From: Nitrospirales bacterium
GTDB lineage: Bacteria > Nitrospirota > Nitrospiria > Nitrospirales > UBA8639
Length of the DNA stretch: 64,000 bases
Direction of reading: 5' to 3'
NCBI GenBank assembly: GCA_965203295.1
Contig: CBDBCZ010000017.1
Coordinates: forward strand, 1,984,001 to 2,048,000
The translations under genes were made by a program, and so were the position numbers. Shown here in pieces: positions 46,001 through 57,700 of this stretch (positions within the stretch are counted from its first letter, which is position 1; every line of letters begins with the position of its first letter). The notes beneath the pieces were generated by a model. It worked only from the letters and a program-made list of their open reading frames with translations. It was not told the DNA's origin and searched no databases.

Positions 46001-49000
46001 GGTTCTTCCCATAGACATGTTGGTCATGTGTCCTATAATAAATCTACTTTTAGTTGGTTTATATAAATACTATATTTCAAGTACACATTATGGTCATATT
46101 CCAACAAAAGGGAGGTTTGAGGTGGTCACAAATTCAGAAGAAACAAAAATCTTCCAAACTTGGAAAATTTGGCTTATTTTAGCTATAACAAACAAATGCA
46201 AATCAGAAATGCAAGGATTTTGTCTTCCATTTCTGGAAGCAATTGACGTTATTGGTCATCCAATTTTTGAACATATTAAACTGATGCAGTCTTGCAATAT
46301 TGTAAGATTACAGTCATCCAGTTTTGGAAAATTGTTTAAACTGATACTGCCTTCGGGAAGAATTAAGTAATCCAGTTTTGGAAGATTGTATAAATTAAAA
46401 CTGATATATGGTCTTTCATTATGGTCTTCCAAAGCAACACTCATAGCTCTTTCAAAGTGGTGGACCTTGCAAAGGTCTTCCAATAACAGACGGCTGTATC
46501 TGTTTATTTAGTTTAGTGTCTTACACATGAACTATTCTGCTTCCATTGTCACTATACCTTTCCATCAGCATACAAACCACACCCTGGTAAAGGAGAGTCT
46601 CCTACTCGGCCAGGAAGCTTGAACGGTGGACCAGAGGTAGATACTCCAGCAGCAATGTCACCTTGTTTGTCCACACAAAGCATTGCTGCAAACAAGCACC
46701 ATACATAGTACATTAAGATAGGAGTATATACCTTCAGGGCAATAGCTATACAATACCTCTAGCTATAACATCGAGTTTGTTCTCTGTTGCTTTGATATGA
46801 GGGAGAGTTACACGCTTTTCTGCTATGTATGTGGCCAGCAAGAAGTTACGCAGTGCATACTCAAATTGCACCTGACTCCATTCGATTTCCTGCGCATGGG
46901 CAAGATGGAGAGCTCATGGGTATGAGAAATGTGATATGGCTGAGGAGAGGGTCAGAGGGATCAAAACGTAATATTATTACGATTCTTGGGTTTCTTCACT
47001 TTCAGTTTATGTGAGGAGTATGATATGGCCAAAAGATTTTCATGTCCCATCCTGCACCTTCTAGCTGCATCCCTGCTGTGCGTACATCCATTTTGAGCAA
47101 ACAGTGTTTATCACATGTACAGTTCACAATCTTTTGATACTATACTGCACTGATGAGGCCGAAATAACCATTTGCAGTTTGCATCAGTAGTACATCTTTC
47201 CACTTTTCATGAAAACCAGGTTTCCCAGTCAATAAATCAACTGAGCAGCAGAGTACATGTATGTGCACAGACTGAACATATTAGGAGTCAAAGTGAGTTA
47301 AAATAATCGTTTGGAGAGTAGTTTCCATTCACCATAGCATTACCCTATTCATGAAAATTAATGCTAACTTTGTTCTTTATGTTGTTTAATCAGACATCCT
47401 TACATCTACACAATTGCTCTTATCTCTAAAGTCTTCTCAATTATGACATTCTGCTAAGATTCGGAGCAGTCAGATTGTACAACACACAAGACGGCAAGTT
47501 TGCAGCCAACCAGTTACCTTAAGGTCACTATTACTTGAGGTGATAAAATTTAGCGGATTGGTCATAAATAGTGAACTTAAAGGGTATTAATTTTAGCGCC
47601 ATGTCATGCTACTATGCGTAAATACAACTACGCAGTTGGTACAAGTGCACACTGTATTGCATAGATGTGCATAAATAAGTTAGCACTGTATACATGTCGA
47701 GCGTATACGCGCGTAAATAAGTGCGTATATGAAAAAAGTATGCGCAGACGTTAACTGAGGTGTGCATAGCTAGCTCACGCACGAGTAATAATTTTTGCGG
47801 ATACAAAGTTTAGCGAATTTTTCAAAACCGCTAATTTGTGCTAAAATTAGTACCCAGCCACCTTAAGGTATACGGTCCCAATTATAGCCACAGACTATTT
47901 GTCACTACTGCAGCCTGAAACTTACATAGAGTATCATGGCCTGTAGGTTGAGGGTGCACATTGCTCGATTTATATTCCTGTAATAGAAAACAGAAAAAGA
48001 TTTATCAAAATGTTTTGTCAATGCCAAAAATAAAATTAACCTGAAAAGCTCTTTTGGTTCCTTCAGAAAGAAGGGCTGCATTATCTTCCAAATGGAAGCC
48101 TTGCTGCTGTGCAAATTCTGTTGCTCCAGTTCCAACAACCATTGTAAGTGAAGGATGCTCCATGACTCTTCTTGCTACTGAAATTGGCTTGGGGTACCTA
48201 TCAGTGAATCAGTCACAAAGGAATAATATTATGATATCAACAAACACCATTACATAACAGTGTGAATATAATCGTGTATGCAATTCCTAAAGTCCTCAAA
48301 CGAGGTTGGGGATACAATATGACAGCGCACTACTATTAGGGATTCCTACAACAGTTTATTTGTGCTACATGTAGTTGCCTCTTTATATATGCACTTGTGT
48401 TATATGATACAGTTTACATTTTGTTACGGATGAGAGGGTACGCTTTTAGGAAGTGCAATCTCTAAAACTGTTCTATAGCCATTTGTGCTCGTTAAGCTTT
48501 GTAGCATATGGGTCTGTAACAGTTTACATGTATACTAATAATATTTACGTACACGTATATTGAGTGTATGTTGTCCTTTCATAACTAGAAAAGACAAGGG
48601 TGGTAATAATGCACTGCTGCAATAGATTTATTGCTATTTGCTTCAAAAATGGTATTGTGGAGGTGAACACATGTATTTCAATATACGTACTACTGCATGG
48701 CAACATAATAGTGTAGTGATAGGGAAACAGATCTGTGGGAGAAATTTTTGAATAGAGATGGCAATCCATAACAATAATACACTCATGTTATTGCTGTAGT
48801 GCTTATGCCGTTGACTGTGCACCCACATACGCAGTTGTAAGATCTCCAGTCAGAGGACAAGAGCAGATGTTTTCACCATTTAAGTATGCACCTATCCCTC
48901 CTGCTGTTAAAGATTCTAAACCCCATATCCCGCTTTACTGCTTTGTTGCACATTGTAGAAGAGCAGCACATTATAGTATGTTTAGCTGCCCCTAGCTGAA

Positions 49001-52000
49001 TAGATTCCAAGGAAGCTGTCTGCCATTTATTACAAGCCCACACTTCCCTACCATATTCTAAAGTAGGGTGAAGTACCAAAACTAACAACAACTCGCAACT
49101 GTACTGCTATTCCTATTACTAAAAAACCTATGTAATTGATTTAGTTTATTATCTTCTGTACATGACTATCTCATGAACCATTATTAGCAAATTCAATGCT
49201 CATGCAAGCAACAGTAACTTGCAACCCTTGGAATGCTTTTATCTCCCCACTTCCATGTACATGTATCTGTATCAACTATCAACCTTTTTAGAAAATACCA
49301 TAACAGCACTCTTTTTGATGTTAGATTTCAACCTCCATATTAATATAAAACTCCTGTACTACGTACATTAATCAACGTTTGTATGTCCTCAGCATTTGTA
49401 GTTAAAGTTTACATAATCACCACCAAACATTAGACCCCCAGCCTTAAATTAACAGTAATGCCAATCCCAGCCTTCTCAACCTCATCTAACAACTGATTGA
49501 TAAAAATGATAGGCGACATACTACAACCCTGTGCCAGCCCCTGACCTATATTGAATGGCTTGGTTCCTCCAGTATAACAGCGCTCCATGTAATGTCATAC
49601 ATCACCACCAAACATTAGACCCCCAGCCTTAAATTAACAGTAATGCCAATCCCAGCCTTCTCAACCTCATCTAACAACTGATTGATAAAAATGATAGGCG
49701 ACATACTACAACCCTGTGCCAGCCCCTGACCTATATTGAATGGCTTGGTTCCTCCAGTATAACAGCGCTCCATGTAATGTCATACATATTCTTAATAATT
49801 ATCTCTCCACATCCTACCCCTAACCCCAAGTCTCCATAGCTTAAACCATAAGCCATGCCAAACTGTATCAAATGCTTTCTGAACCATCTGAGAAGAAAGC
49901 ATAAGTGTGTTTTCTTCCCTCGTTCTACCTCATATAATTTCATTTAGAGTAAAGACGTCATCAACACAACTCTTTTTCTCTGTAAATCCTGCCTGACCCT
50001 CATGACGAGCCCTTGCTGATGCTAATCTGATTACTAAGCAATTATTAAGAATTTTACAAAACAGCTTCTCTATCACATTAAAGCCTCTGCAATTACCTGG
50101 GTCCTCAGTATCACCTTTCTTTTAGCTAAGAAATAATTTCCTCTAGCTGTCCAAATTATTTCATATATAAGATTTTCAAAAGATTAGCCATTCCTTCGCC
50201 ACCGTACTTAAGAAGTTCCATCATTACCTCCTGTTTCAGATTTTTAGAACACTCAGCAAAACTAATTAGTCCCCTATCCAAAGCCTTATCCTGTAAACTA
50301 GCCATTCCACTACACTCTGTCACTTTCTTCTCTGTATGCTCTTTCCAGCTACTATCAAACTGATGCTGTATACCCAACCTTTCCCAATGCTCACATAATT
50401 ATTACTTCCAACTTTCCCTTAGTACTGGCTACGCATGAACCTGAAGTACTCCTCACAGATATGATACCTTTAGACTACCCTTCGCAGTCTTGCCAACAAG
50501 TGCCCAAAACTCTTTCCTAACACTTTAATGCTGTCATCCCAAACTGCGGACTTGCATTCCTACCTACATAAAAAGATTTCCTGGCCAAAATTCACAATGC
50601 TAAGTACGGCTGAGATGATCACTTTCCAAGAGTCAATGCACTGTGTATATAGGAGATCATGCTGTGCATAGATATTTAGCAAAGAGTACTCTAATACCCT
50701 TCAACTATTACAGTTCTCTTACATTAGGCTTCCATGTAGGTTCTGCCAATGCTGACTTGACTATACTTCCCTGCTCCTTGCAGTGAAAAAAAAACGCTTC
50801 CGACTTCTCCTCGATTCAAAGATGAACAACAAAGAACACAATACTCTCGTGTGCAAGGTCTCAAATGGAAAACGTGCTCTACTGATCAAAGAGCATGCAC
50901 GTGCAAAGAACTACATTATCTTATGAATGTCATGTGCTCAACTTAAGAGTTCTAGTGAATCACTGCCACACTCCAATTTCGTTTGAAAACACTGTAGTAC
51001 GTATGAGCACAATACCAAACAGAAAATGCAGCCATTTCTTCAATGCCACCCCTACATATGGAGTACTATCACTATATTCAATGACAGTCCTTACCCTTCC
51101 AATGCAGCAATGCTGCCAAAGGCACGGTCACTTCCACGCATGAGGGCAGCATCAAGTTGCACTATTCCATTGCTGTTAGGATAGCACCCTCTGCCAACAT
51201 AATATGGTCCTGTGCTAGGATCATCCTCTACTTCTGTGTGTAAAGGATATATGTACATTATCATACACGTGTTGTTATATACCAAATATATAGGCAGCCA
51301 AATGCCAAAAAAGCATTGGTGCTGCCAAGGGCATAGCAACTACATCAGATGGATTAAGTTTCACATCTCAGTTTCACATTACTACTGCCAAGTGCATGCA
51401 GTGAGGCCAATGAAAGCAGTGTTTGTGTGTTGTGCATGTTTCATGCTCAGGACTGGAATTACAGTATGTGGTGTGTGTAATATGGCTATATTACTACATC
51501 ATTATTGAGCAAGTGAAACCGGCTGCTTCTGGATAAGTAGGATAGGTTGCTTGAGCTAATGAATGGAAACTGCACAAGACAAACATAACACTCTGCTGGT
51601 TGGATACTGCAATGCTGCTGTGTAACATAAGCAACTGTTTACAGAAGCTTTTGTTTGTTTGCAACCATTCTAAAATGCGTAGTACTGTTTTAAGCATCTT
51701 TTTCACTGTTGTCAAAAAGTTCACTTGAAAACATTAGCATAGATTGCCAAACTGAACCATGCAGATTTTTTAACATATGGTCATATGTACTTGGGCATTC
51801 AAAATTAAAATTAATAAGAGCAGACAAGTATCTTTTATATTCTAAGGAAGCTGTCTGTTTTTCATTACTAGCCAATACTTCACTACTATAATATATAACA
51901 TCCTGAAGCTGTAGTGAAACTAACAATAACCTCCAAGCAACTGTACTTACTGGTTCATTTTAAAATCTGTACAAGCCATTTTTATTTTTAATTGAAAGGC

Positions 52001-54439
52001 AGGAGGACTATATACGTAGGTGCAAACTTAAGTGGTGGTATGAAGTCAATAAATTTGGATGACTAGACAGTGAATGGGAAGTGAAACTGTGGAGAGGTAG
52101 GCAGAGGAAGACCTGGTCTAATGTTGTGCTGCTACTAATGCTGAGTACCGCTAACTTGAAAGGTAATGTATAGAAGGTAAGACTCTAACCCCATATCCCC
52201 CCTTACTGCTTCCTTACTCGTTTTAGAAGAGCAGCCAAGTATCTTTCTAGCTGCTGAATAGATTCCAAGGAAGCTGTCTGCCATTTATTACAAGCCCACA
52301 CTTCCCTACCGTGTATTCTATAGTAGGGCGAAGTACCGAAACTAATAACCTTCTTGTAACTGTACTTCTATTCCTATTACTTAAAAACTTATGTAATTGA
52401 TTAATTGTTTCTTTCCACTATTCATTACCTTTGTACATGACTATCCCATGAACCATTCTTAGCAAATTCAAAGACCACGTAACTTGCAACCCTTGGAATG
52501 TCTTTATACATGTATATGTACCTTTATTAACCTCTTTAGAAAATACAATAACAGCATTTTAATGTAATACATCAATCAATTATATGCATGCCATTACAGT
52601 GCTGTTTTACTTAATGAAGGGAGAACTATCCAACCCATTCATTATAGGTTGGGGGTGGCAGGTGGCACAGGGTTGTAGTATGTCGCCTATCCTTTTTCCC
52701 ATGTTTAATAATCAGTTGTTAGATGAGGTTGAGAAAGCTGGGATTAGCAGTACTGTTAATTAAGCATGATGTTAAGGTTGGGGGGAGGAAAGTAGTTAGT
52801 GAATTGTTGCTACTAGACAGTCAGTAAATATTAGCTAACAATTACAATGTAAATTTGTTCTTAGAGAGAGTAGATGAAGCGTTTGAAATATAAAAGAATA
52901 TAAAGACTTTAATGATGACTTAAATAGTAAACTTAAACCGAAGTATTTTTGTGAGGGAATAGATTACTTGCAGGGGGTTGGGGATACAGGAACACAATTG
53001 ATGTTTTAAGTTTAGGTCGGGCACTAATGGTCTGAATGAAGACAGCGACATGAGTATATTATTATTATTATTATCAAGTTAAAAGTATATATCCTACATG
53101 ATACACAAAGAAAACATTGATGATAGCACCTCTTACACATGCACGAAGGGGCACATAACCCTAGCACTAGCCTTGAGTATACCTAGGGATATAAGCGTGG
53201 GGATACGAGCTCATAAAGGGAGGAGGGATAGGAGCAAACAATAATTTGGATGATGAGACATAGTGACTTGAAAGAAAGTACGTTCATGTACTTAATGACT
53301 TAATTGTGCTGCCTTAAAATATAGAGAGGCAAGAGTGAAGGTTACAATATGAATTCGTTCATAGATATACGTAGTGCATTGAGGAATACAAAACCTTTCA
53401 CGATGGCTCAAATATAGTTCAGTTCAAATAAGGCTGTACAAATCATTTTGAAAGGAAATAGAATTTAAGAATAATTGCAGGGGGTAGGGTATAAGGATAC
53501 ATAATTGGTGTTTGAATTTATGTTAGGTACTATTGAAGCGTTAGGAATAGAAAGGCAAAGAGGTAAAATGTAATGATGATAGGTATGAAGGGAAGAATGT
53601 GAAGAGTGGTACATGTCCTGTATACGATAGAATTAAAATGGGAGAATTAGATAACCTGCCGGGGGGTAGTTTAGTATCAAAGCTCTATAGGAAGCCTCTT
53701 TTAAGGGTATCTTTGAGGAAAACTTATCCCCATTGGTAAACTACGCATGTGCTGCTGTTTAGGTTCTTGTATGGTGTTCTTGGTATGATCAGATAACTAT
53801 TATACACATGCATTGTAACTTTCACTGCACTTTCAATTTAACAAAAAAACAACACAAGAGTTCAGGTATTCCCTGGGTGCTGATTAGGGCTTGCAGGGGT
53901 AGATCTAGAGTCCAGTTCTTAGCTATAATCACACAGCTAGGTCTATGCATGCACATGATTGGGTACTTGGAGAAATTTCAATCATCCAAACTTTGGAACA
54001 ACGATCATGGCTCAAAGTTAGCCTCGTTCCCAGGCTCTAATTCCCAGCTTTTTTTCGCACGTAGCTTATTTTACAATGTGCAAAACAAAGCTGGGAACTA
54101 GAGCCTGGGAACGAGGCTAACTCAAAAGTACCATACATTGTTAAATTTGTTTGGGGGGGCCCAATATCCTTAGGGATTCACATGGGGAGAACTCCCTGGG
54201 GTTAAAGGTGTGTGTATGACTGTTGATCTACACTACACTTAGTATCAACAGAACTCAATGTACTATTTCACTTGTAGTCTCGCGGGCCAGACTACCATGA
54301 CTAAATCAGTTTGCCATCCAGGCATCCTACCATTAATCCCTTTCTCCAATGCATCGATACAGCTGGCTCCACCCGTTAATTCGTCAGCAGCTATCTGCAC
54401 TGCTTGCAAACTAAAGGTCCACGTAGCTACGCACGCCAT
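42873..54439 (-). CDS. Type-2 asparaginase / N(4)-(beta-N-acetylglucosaminyl)-L-asparaginase-like Ntn-hydrolase; 8 exons, 299 aa (whole-gene span)
   Basis: Exons (minus) 54331-54439, 51095-51233, 48041-48197, 47926-47977, 46558-46685, 45148-45163, 44652-44818, 42873-43004 total 900 nt, all GT-AG and phase-consistent. Motifs: ATW at the N-terminus, [30 protein letters not shown], autocleavage [38 protein letters not shown]. Confidence 0.9.
44652..44818 (-). CDS. Asparaginase-2 family exon 7
   Basis: [56 protein letters not shown] |gtaaat. Confidence 0.92.
45148..45163 (-). CDS. Asparaginase-2 family exon 6, 16-nt microexon (TGAAA+G)
   Basis: gaatag|ACCGGAGCTGCAGCAG|gtatgt; bridges a phase-0 donor to a phase-1 acceptor and restores the conserved GAAAATGDG motif. 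Confidence 0.87.
46558..46685 (-). CDS. Asparaginase-2 family exon 5
   Basis: [43 protein letters not shown] |gtatag. Confidence 0.94.
47517..47868. mobile_element. MITE with TA TSD, TIR CCTTAAGGT
   Basis: TA|CCTTAAGGTC...CACCTTAAGG|TA, with internal tttagcg/cgctaa subterminal repeats. Confidence 0.65.
47926..47977 (-). CDS. Asparaginase-2 family exon 4 (catalytic HD/T)
   Basis: [17 protein letters not shown] |gtaagt; preceded by a 63-nt intron. Confidence 0.9.
48041..48197 (-). CDS. Asparaginase-2 family exon 3
   Basis: [52 protein letters not shown] |gttaat. Confidence 0.92.
48860..50600 (-). mobile_element. Degenerate LINE RT fragment, same family as 1-850, with an internal 185-bp tandem duplication
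   Basis: [38 protein letters not shown]; the reverse complement matches 1-850 (e.g. gttgttagatgaggttgagaa). Confidence 0.8.
49416..49785. repeat. Perfect 185-bp direct tandem duplication
   Basis: 49416-49600 and 49601-49785 are identical by inspection. Confidence 0.9.
51095..51233 (-). CDS. Asparaginase-2 family exon 2
   Basis: [47 protein letters not shown] |gtaagg. Confidence 0.92.
52170..53040. mobile_element. Rearranged LINE fragments (52170-52560 minus; 52640-53040 plus), same family
   Basis: 52255-52510 is nearly identical to 48995-49240; 52665-52760 matches 620-720. Confidence 0.7.
54019..54119. mobile_element. Short TAGCCTCGTTCCCAGGC hairpin MITE (further copies near 5785, 11790, 15868, 17234, 54844, 63556)
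   Basis: TAGCCTCGTTCCCAGGCTCTA...TAGAGCCTGGGAACGAGGCTA. Confidence 0.8.
54331..54439 (-). CDS. Asparaginase-2 family exon 1
   Basis: [37 protein letters not shown]|gtagga. Confidence 0.88.
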
Positions 54440-54719
54440 TTTGGTACGAGCACAGCCTAGTCTCAGACTCTCGAGCGACGGGAAAGTTGTAAGATTGAGG
54501 GTGTGTACGCCTACAGTTCTTTAAATTTTAGGTGGAGGACAGCTTGCAGCTTTCTTCTTCATCATTACTGTTTGCTTTACAGCTTAACAGTCAAAGTACG
54601 TAGCTGTGGAAATCTGCCATCTGAGCACCAATTTTTACTCTATCGACAGTCCCTCGTCAAATTTTTCATAAGGTGAGCGATAAATCGAATCGTATTACAG
54701 CCAAACAGTCGAGAAAAAC
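54440..54719. promoter_or_regulatory. Putative bidirectional promoter, asparaginase-like / PQBP1
   Basis: Divergent ATGs at 54439 (-) and 54720 (+), 280 bp apart; CpG-containing. Confidence 0.6.
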
Positions 54720-54780
54720 ATGCCTCTCACTCCTGAACTTCAAGCTCGGCTGATGAAGAGAGGGCTCATGAAGAAGAACG
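54720..54780 (+). CDS. PQBP1: PQBP1 exon 1
   Basis: [21 protein letters not shown]|gttagt. Confidence 0.9.
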
Positions 54781-57700
54781 GTTAGTTTACCACGTTACCT
54801 AGTCCAAAAATGATGACAGCAATATTCATCAGTGGAGATATATTAGCCTCGTTCCCAGGCTCTCATCTAGGTTTTCGTCGCTTGCAGTCGACTGCAAGCT
54901 GGGGCCGAGGCTAAGATATTATACCAGATAGATTCCCTATTGTAATGGTACCTATGCTATGCACAGGGCTGGGGAATCAGAGTCTTGACCATATTTTCCA
55001 AAATTTAGGCTATACAGTTGTCAGGGATCCATAGTAGACTGAGGGTGGTATGATGGTTGGCCCAAAGATGACGCTTGTTTACTCATACATCCTGACAACT
55101 ACAATAGAGAGTTTTCATTGGCAGCATCTTACGTCACGCGCATGTAGCAACTGTTGCCAGGGCGCCATTTTGGCAGCAGACGTACATAGCCATACGCATA
55201 AAGACCGGAAGTTACTCTCGTAGTCTAGGTGGCAGATTCACTCGATCTGTCCCGCCTGAAAATTGACTTACAGCGATAGTTGAGATACTGAACGCGTAAG
55301 TTCCCAGTAGCTCTTGTTTCTGAGATCGCTGTATAACGTACCAATCTAGTCGCCCACGCATGGTGGACAAGAACGGGCATAAACGGAACGTGACACGGAG
55401 ATATTGCAGGAGCACGTGATCTGTGACGACACATGCAAACTCTCTATTATTATTGTGCCCTTGGATCTGAAATCAACTAATGTAGTCATACTGAATAACT
55501 AGCATAGTCTCATTACCACCACTCTGAACAACAGTGTTTTACTTTGGAGCATTGAGATCAAGTATAGGATAGACCACATCACAGTGGAGGATATGCGCCT
55601 ATATATCCTCCGCGGATGTGGTTTTACCCGAGGTGCAGCCAAGGGATAAAACTGTATCCAAGGAGGATATTTTGGGCACATATCCTCCGCTGGGGCATGG
55701 TCTGTCTGACTTATCCCACTACTGCGCATGTGCGTAACTATCGTGAAGTAGCCGGAGGATATGTTACTAATATGTGACTAAGGAAGTACAGAACTGTAGG
55801 ATATGCGCCTATATATCCCACTGCTCTCGTCCAATGAAATGTATTAGAAATGATGTAATGTGGGAAAAGAGTTCGTAATAATAGGAAGAGAAAATCAGAC
55901 TTCCTAATGTCTTTTGAAAGTCTGTCACAAGTTTGCCCCCCAAAGAATGGTTCCCCGTGGTCCATATATTTGCCCCCCCTTCTTTCAGTGCCATGTTATA
56001 TGGTTACCCTCTGAAAGTATTGTTCCCCCTATATCTAGTTCTGTTACAGAACATGTACAGTACAAAGTCAGAGTCATTGATTTCGAATCTGTAGTAAGCT
56101 CCCAACTATGTGTTGACTTGCTGGTCTATCACATAGCCTGAGTGCATAGTTTTACCAAGGAGAGGTTATTACAGATTCCAGGTTAGCAGAGGCTTCTTGT
56201 AAACAGAAGCATTGGCGTCTGACGGTGTAATAGTGCAGCATGGCCCCCACTTGAAATGTCCCCCCTGGCAGTCTGCCCTAGTGCAGAATGTCCCCGGGGA
56301 CATCCTGCACTAGGGCAGACTGTCCCCTCTTAGTGCACAGTGTCCCCCCTCCCTAGTTTAGCATGGAACTGTTCATGCATATTATATGTACCTACATGTA
56401 TAATACTTGAATTTTTTCGCTACAACAATAATGAATAATAATTACATTCAGCAATTTTTTACAATGTAGGCACAACCATTTACATTTAAGAACTACATGT
56501 AGAAGTCTCTATCAGAGACATACCTTGCGCAATATTTTTACAAATTTGACCCTAGACTCCAGATTCGCCTGGCCTGGTGGAGCAGCTAGCTGTGTTGAAT
56601 AAGAGAGAGATTACTGTTGGGTTTAGCAATAGCTTAACTCTGTTAATCACGAGATAGTCCTGGACAGACAGGCAGATGCTTAAGCTTAGCCGCGCCGCAT
56701 ACGTGCGTGGTAACAAAGTATATAGCTACTTTGGGTCGATTTGAACACATGAGTGAGCATGGTACCACTCCTTGCAACGTGAACACTCAATTCACTTGAT
56801 TTGTGCCTGTTCGGGTATCCTGCAGTTACGTTGATATCGACATGGTACGCTCATGCGTGAGGCGGGGACGTAGGCGATACGGGGGGACATTGTGCATCCT
56901 GCCCCCCTGAACATTGTGCCCGAGGGCAGGATGTCTGGGGGGACATTCTGCACGGGGGAACATCCTGCACTCCGACAATGGCATGACATCCATTGTGAAC
57001 TTGAACTCTTTTTTGTCAAGATACCTGCTGTTTTGATGACTCGCTGATCTTTTAATTGCCATCCACCACCATCTCCAGAGTTTGACAGCAAGTGATGGAC
57101 AAATAGCAGCTGTTGGTGCGCAGGTAGCAGGAGCATATGAACCACCCGAGCGCTCAAAAACTCCTGCACATACGCATGCAAAATGTTTTTTTTCAAGGGT
57201 GGTTTGAATATTACACTGCAAACCCTACTCTTTTGTTCCAGGGGGAACTTTTTTTAAACTGGGTCCAGATGAGTCATGCTCCAAAGCTTTACTAGAGTGT
57301 CCCACCACAGAAGAAATGTTGAATGGACACTGCTAGGCCTGTTCTTAGGATAAACAGCCTATGTGTTGAATTAAACTGTCAGCACTCCCAGTGTTGGAGG
57401 ACCAGGTGTCCCCCCGACACAACCCTCTTTACAGCCATGCGGCTTAACCAGCACTGGATACTGCAATAAAGATTTTCATGCGGAGGATGGTGTGTACGTG
57501 CAGGTGGTACTAGCAAGTGTTAATAGGAATTGGCAGCAGCTGCCCTGTACCCTATACGTAGATATTGTTCACAGCATTAATGTGCATTCTGTGCAAAACC
57601 AGAGCTGCGTGGCTGTTCTGCTTCTTCACTTTGTTGCGCAGTGCATCCTGCATCCCTGTTCTAATATTTGATTCATCGACTTCTGAGAAAGTGTTGTGTG

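Noticed and set aside
46256..46483. LRR-like peptide ([12 protein letters not shown] / [10 protein letters not shown])
   Set aside because: Reflects a short degenerate nucleotide repeat inside an asparaginase intron; no splice support or extended ORF.
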